From a virus (taxonomy: Duplodnaviria; Caudoviricetes), in the IMG/VR virus record IMGVR_UViG_3300035145_002598, positions 1 through 52,785 of that record: a stretch of 52,785 nucleotides of DNA; one strand, written 5' to 3'. This document shows positions 39,565 through 47,745 of this stretch, one piece after another. Each line of letters begins with the position of its first letter. Position 1 is the stretch's first letter. Position numbers and translations under genes: made by a program. Under the pieces are notes generated by a model. It worked only from the letters and a program-made list of their open reading frames with translations. It did not search any database and was not told where the DNA came from.

Positions 39565-40221
39565 ATGTTCAATGAATACGATACGCGCTCGCCGGTCATC
39601 GCCCTCGAGGGGAATATCGGCGCGGGGAAGTCGACGCTCGCGAAATACGTGCGCCGATATTACCCGTCGTGTCACGTCATCGACGAGGCAGAGAGCGCGC
39701 TCATGAGCGCGTATTCGCGCAATCCGGAGAGGTGGGGGGCGCTCGTACAGATTGACCTCCTCACGCAGAGAGCGACCGCGCTGAGACTCGCGCATCGGCG
39801 CGCGCTGATGAGCGACGGACCCGTGATTCTGGACCGCTCGATCGTGGGGGACCGCGCTTTCGCTCGCGCGAATTGGGCGCTCGGTCGTATCAGCGCGATC
39901 GAGTATACGATGTGGGAGAACCTACACGAGGAGCTGATGAAATCCACACCCGCGCCCGACATCGTCGTCTACCTGGACACGGACGTGAAGCTCGCGCACG
40001 AGCGCGCAGAGCAGAGGGATCGACGACAGCACAGCCTCGACTACCTCGAGGAGCTCGCGCGGGAGCACGTCGCAGCGCTCGATCACATCCGGTCGCACGG
40101 GGTCCGCGTCACGCGTGTTAAATGGGGTCACTATCCGTTACATGAGTATCACGTTCACGCCGATAATCTGCTCTCTAGGATCATGAAGGAGCACGAGGGA
40201 GCCGTGATCGACGATCTCTAA
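39565..40221 (+). CDS. Deoxynucleoside kinase family protein
   Basis: IALEGNIGAGKST, LDRSI and PDIVVYLD motifs. Confidence 0.88.
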   Translation: MFNEYDTRSPVIALEGNIGAGKSTLAKYVRRYYPSCHVIDEAESALMSAYSRNPERWGALVQIDLLTQRATALRLAHRRALMSDGPVILDRSIVGDRAFARANWALGRISAIEYTMWENLHEELMKSTPAPDIVVYLDTDVKLAHERAEQRDRRQHSLDYLEELAREHVAALDHIRSHGVRVTRVKWGHYPLHEYHVHADNLLSRIMKEHEGAVIDDL

Positions 40222-40374
40222 GTACGCGGATTCGTTGGTGTTCTAGTGTCTTGTTAAAACTTTTTAACAAAGTACTTGTGTTACTTTGTGATCTGTGGCA
40301 TATGTTTACCACGAGTCGGGGACGACCTCGAAACACGGTAAAACGAAACAACGAAACAACGAACGGAGAACACA

Positions 40375-40671
40375 ATGAACAACCGAACACTCAACACGAT
40401 CCGCGAGATCCTCATCGTCGCGACCTTCTGCTCTGGATGCGTCGCCTTCATCGCTCACATGGCTGCGGAGCTCGACCGACACAACCGCAGCGAGGCGGGC
40501 CGGTGCTACGACGCACACGTCAACGCCGGATTCGCTCACATCGAATTCAAGAGCGTCGATCATGGGGTGGCGTGGTGCGAGGCACATGAGGGCGACTGGC
40601 GCAAGCGCGTAAACGGGCGAGTCCTCGAGGCTGCCAAGCGCATCGACGCCCGCTACGCTGAGACCAAGTAA
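40375..40671 (+). CDS. Small hypothetical protein with N-terminal hydrophobic segment
   Basis: AACAACGAACGGAGA leader/RBS; AT-rich promoter-like region upstream. Confidence 0.6.
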   Translation: MNNRTLNTIREILIVATFCSGCVAFIAHMAAELDRHNRSEAGRCYDAHVNAGFAHIEFKSVDHGVAWCEAHEGDWRKRVNGRVLEAAKRIDARYAETK

Positions 40672-40696
40672 GAACGAACAACGAACGGAGACAGTC

Positions 40697-40933
40697 ATGT
40701 ATCAACGAGACGACGAGCTCATCGAGCAATTCAAGAACGGGGACCGCGCGGGGCGCGGAGTCGGCTTCGGTGAGAACGACCCGCAGGACATCGAGGACGC
40801 GTGCGACGAGCTCGGCGCGACGCTCCTCGAGGATGTCGGACACGGTTATCACCTGGTCACGTGGAACGGTCGCGCGTACCTCGTGGGGGACGTTAACGGA
40901 TGGTGGGCGGTGCCTGTCGAGATGGAGCGCTGA
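40697..40933 (+). CDS. Small acidic hypothetical protein
   Basis: Identical AACAACGAACGGAGA leader/RBS. Confidence 0.65.
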   Translation: MYQRDDELIEQFKNGDRAGRGVGFGENDPQDIEDACDELGATLLEDVGHGYHLVTWNGRAYLVGDVNGWWAVPVEMER

Positions 40934-40937
40934 GACC

Positions 40938-41342
40938 ATGCACACGACACCCGAGAACATCGCGAGCGACATCGCAGACTCTACGCTGTGGGCGCACATG
41001 CTCCGGCGCTCCTCAATCCTCGCGCTCGATGCAAGCTTCGATCACGCCTTCGGGACCGAGTACCGAACGGAGTACGAGTTCTACTCAGCGCGCGCGCACA
41101 CTGTGACGCTCGATATGGTCGTCACCGATCGCCCCGAGTGGCGCGAGTGGATGACACAGCTCCCCGCGTATGTCGCTTGGACGTGGGACGACGAGAGCGG
41201 GGAATATGACGCGCCGTTTCACAAGGTCACGATCACGAGTCACGCGTATCTCCAGAGCTTCAGCGTCGAGCTCGTCGGTCAGAGCGTGCTCGTCTCCATC
41301 GTCTACAGCTACGAGAACGAGATCGGCGCGCTCGAGGTATAG
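40938..41342 (+). CDS. Hypothetical protein
   Basis: ATG 4 nt after the previous stop; genome-typical codon usage. Confidence 0.55.
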   Translation: MHTTPENIASDIADSTLWAHMLRRSSILALDASFDHAFGTEYRTEYEFYSARAHTVTLDMVVTDRPEWREWMTQLPAYVAWTWDDESGEYDAPFHKVTITSHAYLQSFSVELVGQSVLVSIVYSYENEIGALEV

Positions 41343-41403
41343 ACGCGCGAGCCGGTCGCGAGTATAGTGAGCCCCTGTAACACACACACAGGAGGCTCGA
41401 CAC

Positions 41404-41796
41404 ATGGAAGATCAGATTATACCGCCCCCCGATCAGCTCGGGACGCTCGTTCAGTTATTGGGCGTTTGGGGGACCGTCGCCGTCGGCGGGCTCTTCGCGC
41501 TCTATAAGGTCGCGAACAAGTGGCTCGCGCAACGCGCAGAGATGAAGCGCGACGCGAACATCGAGACGAACTCCGAGGACCTGGAGGTCGTGCTGCAGAT
41601 GATCGCGGACGACGAAGATAAGGACCTCCAGCTCATCGCTCAGGTGAACACGCTGCGCTGTGAGGTCGAGGAGATCCGCGCCACGCGCGCCGAGTTGGTG
41701 GAGCTGCACGCGACGCGTCGAGAGATCGAGGAGCTCCGCGCGGAGCTGAAGGAGGCGCGCGACACGCTGAGCGCGCTCGAGGAGCTGATCAAGTGA
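41404..41796 (+). CDS. Membrane protein with TM and coiled coil
   Basis: AGGAGG RBS; LVQLLGVWGTVAVGGLFALY TM; heptad C-terminus. Confidence 0.6.
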   Translation: MEDQIIPPPDQLGTLVQLLGVWGTVAVGGLFALYKVANKWLAQRAEMKRDANIETNSEDLEVVLQMIADDEDKDLQLIAQVNTLRCEVEEIRATRAELVELHATRREIEELRAELKEARDTLSALEELIK

Positions 41797-41885
41797 GCGA
41801 TGCGATACTCGAACATACTGTGTTGACGGTCATCACGCTCGTGATCATCGCGTATCTCGCTCGCGGACTCGATGGGAGGCGATGA
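41793..41885 (+). CDS. 30-aa single-TM microprotein (not in the ORF track)
   Basis: GTGA overlap upstream and ATGA overlap with thyX; MSDAILEHTVLTVITLVIIAYLARGLDGRR. Confidence 0.5.
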   Translation: MSDAILEHTVLTVITLVIIAYLARGLDGRR

Positions 41886-42556
41886 TGCGCGTCTCCCTCT
41901 ACACTGGACAGGGTTACGTTGAGCTCGTCTCCTCGATGGGGAGCGATGCGACACCCGCGCGATCCGCTCGAGTCTCGCTCGACAACGACACCGCAGACTC
42001 GACACCCGAGAGGGACGCGAGGCTCGTGCGGTATCTCGCCGAGCATGAGCACCTCTCGCCTTTTGAACACTGCGTCGCGACATTACGAATCAAGGTCCCG
42101 CTGTTCATCGCGCGTCAAGTGATGCGTCATAGGACTTTCGCGTTCAATGAGGTGTCGCGCCGATACACGGACGAGGGCGTCGAGCTGCTCCGGATGGATT
42201 CGCTGCGCAAGCAGCACGACACGAGGCTCCAATGCTCGACGGATGAGGTGATCGAGGATGAGGAGCTCGAGGCGCTCGTCGAGGACTCCCAGATGCGCGC
42301 GCTCTACGCGTACCGGCAGATGTTGAGCGCGGGGGTCGCTCGAGAGCAAGCGCGCGCGGTGCTCCCTCAGTCCATGATGACGACGTTCTGGATGAGCGGG
42401 AGCTTGAGAAATTGGGCTCACTTCCTCCGGCTCCGGCTCGACTCGCACGCGCAACCCGAGGCGCAGGAGCTCGCGAGGGGTGTCGCTTCGATTCTCCGCT
42501 CGCTCTATCCCGTGTCGCTCGACGCGCTGCTCGGTGAGGGAGGGAGCGATGAGTGA
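41882..42556 (+). CDS. thyX: Flavin-dependent thymidylate synthase
   Basis: HLSPFEH, RQVMRHRTFAFNEVSRRY (RHRx7SxR), EQARAVLP, HAQPE. Confidence 0.95.
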   Translation: MMRVSLYTGQGYVELVSSMGSDATPARSARVSLDNDTADSTPERDARLVRYLAEHEHLSPFEHCVATLRIKVPLFIARQVMRHRTFAFNEVSRRYTDEGVELLRMDSLRKQHDTRLQCSTDEVIEDEELEALVEDSQMRALYAYRQMLSAGVAREQARAVLPQSMMTTFWMSGSLRNWAHFLRLRLDSHAQPEAQELARGVASILRSLYPVSLDALLGEGGSDE

Positions 42557-43010
42557 TAAACATGTCGGGCAAAGGATCGCGATCGCGCACCTCATCGCGC
42601 GCTCGTCTCCCTGCCCGCGCGCCCAAGTCGGCGCGGTCATCTTCCATCCTGGCAGTTGGGCGATCGTGTCCGACGGGTACAATGGACCGCCGAGGGGCGG
42701 GGGGCATCTGTGCGGGGGCGACGTGTGTCACCGGACGGAGCGGGGCGTCGCTTCGGGCGAGCGCTGCGAGCTCGGATGCCACCACGCGGAGACGAACGCG
42801 CTGATGAACGCTCTAAGGCACGGCGCAGCTACAATGGGCGCTTGGCTCGTGTCTACGCGCGCCCCGTGTCTCATGTGCGCTAAAGCCGTACATCACGCGG
42901 GGATCACGCGCGTCTATTGCCCGCCAGAGGAGGAGGGCGAAGCCGGAGACGGCGAGGGTACGAGATACTTACGACGGCACAAGGTCGAGGTGCTCTTCTT
43001 CGAGGGTTGA
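42549..43010 (+). CDS. dCMP deaminase family protein
   Basis: RSSPCPRAQVGAVI, GYNG, HAETNA, PCLMC. Confidence 0.9.
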   Translation: MSDKHVGQRIAIAHLIARSSPCPRAQVGAVIFHPGSWAIVSDGYNGPPRGGGHLCGGDVCHRTERGVASGERCELGCHHAETNALMNALRHGAATMGAWLVSTRAPCLMCAKAVHHAGITRVYCPPEEEGEAGDGEGTRYLRRHKVEVLFFEG

Positions 43011-43112
43011 CGCGCGTCGCGAAACGTGCGAGCGTGGCGTCGAGGCTGCGCTCCGCTGTTACATTTACACTAGAGTCAGATCCTAACCCCCGTTGCGGAG
43101 GGGCGCAGTCTC

Positions 43113-44102
43113 TCACTCAAAGAGGCTTAGCTGATCGCAAGCGCTCGACGTTTGACGCTCGACGCTCTGCGCTGCTGCGCTTGAGGGTTTCGAGCACATA
43201 GGGGAGCGCGTATCCGCGCGCTTTAAGATTCGCGCGATCTGATTCACAGCGTACGCGCCCCCCTTGCTCGTCCGATATCCGCGACGCGTGAGCTCGTCAG
43301 TGATCGCGCGGAGCGAGAGCCCCTTCTCGCGTAGATCTTGGATCACGTAGACGAGTTGCGGGTGGAGCTCGTTCAATGAAGGACGAGCGCGATGAGGCTT
43401 GCGCGGATTCACGTTCGGTGAGCGTGGCTTACGCTTGGGACGCGTCACCTCGATCCCCGTACACCAACGGCGTAACGTCGTCCCGCTTGGTGCTGATCCG
43501 CTACGCGCACGAATCCCCTCGCGTTTACACGCCTCGTGTAGACGCGTGAAGCTGAGACCCTGAGCGCGGAGCTCGCGGGCGCGCTCGATCTGCGCGCGCT
43601 CCTCCTCGTTGGGGACGATGTGTCCGTCGACCTCGCGGTATCCGAGAGGGACCGTCCCTGTACGCTCTCCGCGCTCGCGCTTCGCTCTGAGTGTCGCGCG
43701 GACGCGACGAGAGAGGAGCGCTTGCTCGTACTGCGCGACCATGTCGAGCATCGAGCGGAGGAGCGCGGACTCTGGCGACGCGTCCGTCTCTGCGTCGAGT
43801 GTGATGAGGCGCGCCCCCACGCGCTCGATGTGACGCCCGGTGAGCGTGTTGTCCATCGCGTCTCGACCGACGCGATCGCGCGCCGACGCGAGGATCGTGT
43901 CACCCGCTGAGAGGACGTTGAGGAGCTCACCGAAACCAGAGCGCTTGACCGCGGGAACTCGACCGCTGCATGTGTCAGAGAACACGCGAGAGACGTGCCA
44001 CCCCTGCGCGGTCGCGTGTGTCTCACACTGCGCGCGTTGTCTCTCGAGGCTCGTCTCTTGTCGCGGTGTGCTCCTGCGGGTGTAGATGTATACGTGTGTC
44101 AT
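43113..44102 (-). CDS. Serine recombinase (resolvase-type catalytic domain plus two recombinase-type DNA-binding modules)
   Basis: YTRRST..QETSLERQ, DTCSG...RSG, DRVGRD, G.VPLGY; ATG 44102 with GAGGAG RBS. Confidence 0.88.
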   Translation of the reverse strand: MTHVYIYTRRSTPRQETSLERQRAQCETHATAQGWHVSRVFSDTCSGRVPAVKRSGFGELLNVLSAGDTILASARDRVGRDAMDNTLTGRHIERVGARLITLDAETDASPESALLRSMLDMVAQYEQALLSRRVRATLRAKRERGERTGTVPLGYREVDGHIVPNEEERAQIERARELRAQGLSFTRLHEACKREGIRARSGSAPSGTTLRRWCTGIEVTRPKRKPRSPNVNPRKPHRARPSLNELHPQLVYVIQDLREKGLSLRAITDELTRRGYRTSKGGAYAVNQIARILKRADTRSPMCSKPSSAAAQSVERQTSSACDQLSLFE

Positions 44103-44546
44103 CGGCTCCTCGTCTCTCCGTTGGTTGTGTTTGTTAAACCGATAACACACCCCGCGCGACGAGGCAACGGTGAGCGATGAGGCGACGGGGCGCTTATGGT
44201 CGAGCGGTGAGCGTCGGAGCTCAGCGACACACGACGCGCTCACACACGCGCGCTCGTTGTCGATGGTGTGAGGGACGACGCGCTCGCAGAGGTGCGAATT
44301 CTTGCGATCACGCACTCCGGCCTCGCACACGCGCCCGCACGCGCCCACCCTCGCCTCCGCGATCCGCAGCCCCTCGAGGTCATCCCCCGCGTCTACCTGG
44401 TTCTCTGAGACAAGCTCGTCGAGCGCTCCCGCGATACGCGGATCGATGGAGCTCGTCGTTCGCCGGTCCACGTCTCAGCGTTCACTCTGGAGCGCTTCGC
44501 GCAGCTCTCCGGAGGTGCGTTTCGCGATTCGCGATTTACGCGTTTA

Positions 44547-44830
44547 GGTGTCGACGATTTCTCGCCACCTCTCGACACCTCGCTCGACACCACGCTGAAA
44601 CCCCCACGCGTTCGGCGTTCTGCGTTTAAATGGTGTCGAGGTGTCGAGGTTGTGGAGTTGAGCGGAGAGAATACGAAAACGGGTCTCCTCTTTTCTGTTT
44701 ACTTCTAACAATGTTTCCCCAGAACTCCACACTCTCGACACCTCGACACCAAAACACGAAATAATCGTTACTTATTACATACTTACGTGTGGTGTCGAGA
44801 AGGTGTCGAGAGGTGTCGAGAGGTGTCGAG
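44547..44830. repeat. Array of GGTGTCGAG 9-mers in both orientations forming nested inverted repeats
   Basis: Exact copies at 44571, 44583, 44734, 44742 (reverse) and 44632, 44640, 44791, 44802, 44812, 44822 (forward); 44632-44659 and 44723-44750 form a 26/28 inverted repeat. Confidence 0.9.
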
Positions 44831-44843
44831 AACATTTTCGACG

Positions 44844-44882
44844 TTCTAACCTTCGATATTCGATCATTACCGAAGGTTAGAA
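44844..44882. repeat. Perfect 12-bp inverted repeat in an AT-rich tract
   Basis: TTCTAACCTTCG-N15-CGAAGGTTAGAA. Confidence 0.85.
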
Positions 44883-44951
44883 ATCGAAACTTGTTTTCGT
44901 AGTAGTTACGCATACTTACGTCGCGCGGGGGCTCGATTTCACCAAATTTTG

Positions 44952-45147
44952 ATAGGGGCGCGCGGTACCACGTCAATAGGGGCGCGCGGTACCACGCCAT
45001 AGGGGCGCGCGGTACCACGCCATAGGGGCGCGCGGTACCACGTCTACCCCCTCAGACGTGGGCGCGCGGTACCACGCCATAGGGGCGCGCGGTACCACGT
45101 CAATAGGGGCGCGCGGTACCACGTCAATAGGGGCGCGCGGTACCACG
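44952..45147. repeat. Eight tandem iteron-like repeats (ATAG)GGGCGCGCGGTACCACG with a 23-24 bp period
   Basis: Two blocks of four separated by a short unique linker; directly visible. Confidence 0.95.
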
Positions 45148-45153
45148 TCTCTA

Positions 45154-45182
45154 TTGACTCACGCCTCGAGGCGTGCTGAGAT
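45154..45182 (+). promoter_or_regulatory. Putative promoter with a perfect 16-bp palindrome (operator-like) in the spacer
   Basis: TTGACT followed by CACGCCTCGAGGCGTG (45160-45175); the -10 element is weak. Confidence 0.4.
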
Positions 45183-45234
45183 GATCGCGCTATGTCGATC
45201 ACGACGGTCGACGGTTCATCCAACGGAGACACAC

Positions 45235-45582
45235 ATGAACAGATCAACATCGAAGCGCTATACGCTGCGCTTGACTGCGGAGCTCGAGGAGCTCATCGAG
45301 ACGCGACGCGCTGAGCTCTGGGCTGACTTGAGAATCCGCATCCAGCACGCGGACGGCTTAACCCCCGCTTACGTGATCCGCGACCTCGTCGCGTCGGGTG
45401 TGATGAAAGTGATGAGCGGGGGAGCGACGCTCGCCCCCGTCACCGGAGCGACGACGCGCACACTCAAGCTACACATCCCCCGCAGTCAGTTCGAGCAAGC
45501 GCTCACAGAGATCGCGCAAGCGTATGAGCTCTCGATCCACGCGACGCTCCGCGCGCTGATCGTCGCCGGTGCGTCGTCATGA
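45235..45582 (+). CDS. Putative tandem ribbon-helix-helix DNA-binding protein
   Basis: KRYTLRLTAELEELI...PAYVIRDLV and RTLKLHIP..QFEQALTEIA...SIHATLRALI each fit strand-helix-helix; CAACGGAGA RBS. Confidence 0.55.
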   Translation: MNRSTSKRYTLRLTAELEELIETRRAELWADLRIRIQHADGLTPAYVIRDLVASGVMKVMSGGATLAPVTGATTRTLKLHIPRSQFEQALTEIAQAYELSIHATLRALIVAGASS

Positions 45583-45818
45583 TGCGCGTCGCGTACAGGC
45601 TCGGAGTGAGCGGAGGTGAGGGGGAGTGTGTCGAGCTCACAGCTCGCGCGAGCGTCGGCGGGTATGTCGCGCAGCTCCCTCGCCGGTCGCGCTTCATCGT
45701 GATCACGCGCGACGGCGTCCGCTGCGCTTCGTCTGAATACGACGCTCGACGCTCTGCGACCAGGTTGACCTCGAGGGGCGTCTACGCGTGTTGGGCTCGC
45801 GTCGAGTTGACGCGCTAA
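45579..45818 (+). CDS. Hypothetical protein
   Basis: ATGA overlap with the previous gene. Confidence 0.4.
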   Translation: MMRVAYRLGVSGGEGECVELTARASVGGYVAQLPRRSRFIVITRDGVRCASSEYDARRSATRLTSRGVYACWARVELTR

Positions 45819-45835
45819 CACAAGCGCACTATCAT
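45807..45835 (+). promoter_or_regulatory. Sigma70-type promoter of the terS-like gene
   Basis: TTGACG-N17-TATCAT, then GAGGAGG RBS and ATG 45854. Confidence 0.65.
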
Positions 45836-45853
45836 CGCGCCGAGGAGGTGCGC

Positions 45854-46582
45854 ATGACAACAGAGCAGACACGAGCGGAGCGACGCGAGGCGCGTCGCGC
45901 AGAGAATCGAGCGAGACACGCGGAGCGTCTAGAGCAGGCTCACGCGCGATCAATGACCAAAGCGCAACGCGCCGAGCTACGCGCTCAGGTGATCGAGGAC
46001 TCACTCCCAAGTGTAGACGTGGGACAGTTCCAAGGCGTCGAACCACCGCCGACGACGAGCTATACACATGATCAGGTACTCGCAGCGGGCGAGGCGCTGA
46101 TCAGGGGGGCGACGTTGGGGGACGCCGAGGTCCTCTGCGGTCTCGCGCGTGGCGCGCTCCGTCGTTGGGTGAAGCGTCAGCGCGCGAGCGATCGAGGGGG
46201 AGAGCGCGTCGGAGCGTGGGCTAGCGCTTGCGCGTACACGGTGGAGCGCGCTCTCGCGATTCGCCGGATGAGGTGGCAAGGGCTCGCAGAGGAGGGGGGC
46301 AAGGGGTCGAGCGCTGCGCTCTGGATGCTAGAGCGTCGAGGCGGTCGCGAGTATCAACCGCCGGCTCAGCGCCACGAGGTCAAGCGCGAGTCTCAGGAGG
46401 TCGTCGTGCACACGACGCTCGAGTCAGCGATCGAGCACACGGCGCGCGAGCTCGGTCTCGACGAGGCTGAGCTGAGAGCGCAGGGTGAGTATTGGGCGCG
46501 CGCGATCACGGCGAGCGGGAGAGGCGAATCACTACCCGCGCCGGTGACGATCGACGCCTCCCCCATCGAGGGCGACGAGTGA
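45854..46582 (+). CDS. Terminase small subunit-like HTH protein
   Basis: HTH-like GATLGDAEVLCGLARGALRRW and SAALWMLERR..REY motif typical of TerS-like proteins. Confidence 0.6.
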   Translation: MTTEQTRAERREARRAENRARHAERLEQAHARSMTKAQRAELRAQVIEDSLPSVDVGQFQGVEPPPTTSYTHDQVLAAGEALIRGATLGDAEVLCGLARGALRRWVKRQRASDRGGERVGAWASACAYTVERALAIRRMRWQGLAEEGGKGSSAALWMLERRGGREYQPPAQRHEVKRESQEVVVHTTLESAIEHTARELGLDEAELRAQGEYWARAITASGRGESLPAPVTIDASPIEGDE

Positions 46583-47076
46583 GCGAGCTTACACGCGACG
46601 AGGATGCGTCGTCGTGGTCATCCAAAGCGCGCCGACAGCCGTATCAAGCGAGACGCTTAGCGCTCCGCGCGCTTCGAGCCCAGCGTTCGGGAACGCTCTT
46701 ATACGAGTTCGTCGACTCGCATGACGCGCCGTCCGTCGTCTCAGAGCTCGCCTATTGGTGCGCGTGGGAGCGTCGCTCACGTCTGCGCCGAGACTACGAT
46801 GAGCGCCTGAGCGTCGCGCCGATGGATGAGCAGACGCGCGCGCTCCTCCCCTTCATCGAGGCGTCTCAGCCGGTGCTCATCCGACTGAGCGACCACGAGC
46901 GACGCTATGGGATCCGGTGGATCCGAGCCCCGTTATACGTAGCGATCATGAGGGGGGACCTAGAGCGCGAGCTGCGCCGGTGCTATCGATACTCGCTCGC
47001 GTTCGTCGTGTTGGACCGCGAGGAGCTCGTCGCGACGTGGGAGGGCGATCTCGTGCCGTGGCTCCCTAGTGAGTAG
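46579..47076 (+). CDS. Hypothetical protein
   Basis: GTGA overlap with the previous gene; genome-typical codon usage. Confidence 0.5.
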   Translation: MSELTRDEDASSWSSKARRQPYQARRLALRALRAQRSGTLLYEFVDSHDAPSVVSELAYWCAWERRSRLRRDYDERLSVAPMDEQTRALLPFIEASQPVLIRLSDHERRYGIRWIRAPLYVAIMRGDLERELRRCYRYSLAFVVLDREELVATWEGDLVPWLPSE

Positions 47077-47665
47077 CCTCCAGAGTCGAGTGAACCACGC
47101 CCGCGCGCATCTCGACGAGCGTGACGGCGGTGACAGCGCGCGACCAATCGCCGAGCTCCTCGATGAGCTCGACCCGCGGGTCTCGAGCGTACTCTGCGAG
47201 TACGGAGAGCACCTCGTCACGCGTCAAACCGAACACGGTGGGCGCGCTGAGCGCGTGGACGACCATCACGCGCATCTCGTGGTCTGCGACGATCTCGCGC
47301 GCGAACGCCTCGCGGTCGACGCAGTTCGCCAACAACTCCGAGAGCTGTCGCGTGTTGGGTAAGACCGGAGCGAGCGCGTAACCCGCGGGGCGCTCGATCT
47401 CGACGAACCCGAGGGGCAGCGCGTACCACGTCTGGGCGACCTCGACGTACACAAAGGGCATCCCGACGGCGCGCTCGAGGTCCTGACGCGTCGGCGTGTA
47501 CGTCTCATCAAGCGCGACGAGAAACTCGAGACGCGCAGCCTCGAGCGCGCAGTCGAGACGCTCGTCTCTCTCAATGGGTCCGACATTATCCTGAGTCATG
47601 AGCTCGAGGTGCTCCTCGATCTCGCGGACGCGCGTCAGCGTGTTATATTCGCGTGTGTCTTCCAT
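47066..47665 (-). CDS. Hypothetical protein
   Basis: GGGGAG RBS; 199 aa with genome-typical codon usage. Confidence 0.6.
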   Translation of the reverse strand: MEDTREYNTLTRVREIEEHLELMTQDNVGPIERDERLDCALEAARLEFLVALDETYTPTRQDLERAVGMPFVYVEVAQTWYALPLGFVEIERPAGYALAPVLPNTRQLSELLANCVDREAFAREIVADHEMRVMVVHALSAPTVFGLTRDEVLSVLAEYARDPRVELIEELGDWSRAVTAVTLVEMRAGVVHSTLEATH

Positions 47666-47745
47666 TCTCTCCCCTTGTGTTCTTTGGTGACATGGTTTAA
47701 CGTGACCGCGTCACACTACATCAAAACGTTACGGAGCACAACGAA

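Noticed and set aside
43113-44102. Integrase marking a prophage boundary
   Set aside because: No host genes or att-like junction on either side; the protein is short and lacks an evident zinc-ribbon/coiled-coil region of large serine integrases. A temperate lifestyle is neither shown nor excluded
44103-44471. 123-aa N-terminal extension of the recombinase in the ORF track
   Set aside because: A good RBS and the catalytic-domain start (MTHVYIYTRRS) point to ATG 44102; the upstream frame looks somewhat coding-like but cannot be supported
44952-45147. CRISPR array
   Set aside because: Units are directly tandem with 2-3 nt linkers, there are no unique spacers, and no cas operon is present; the Cas4-like gene is an ordinary phage exonuclease in the replication module
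44626-45250. Minus-strand ORFs with WYRAP repeats
   Set aside because: Translations of the non-coding 23-24 bp DNA repeats; the mixed period breaks the frame, so the repeat is not maintained at protein level
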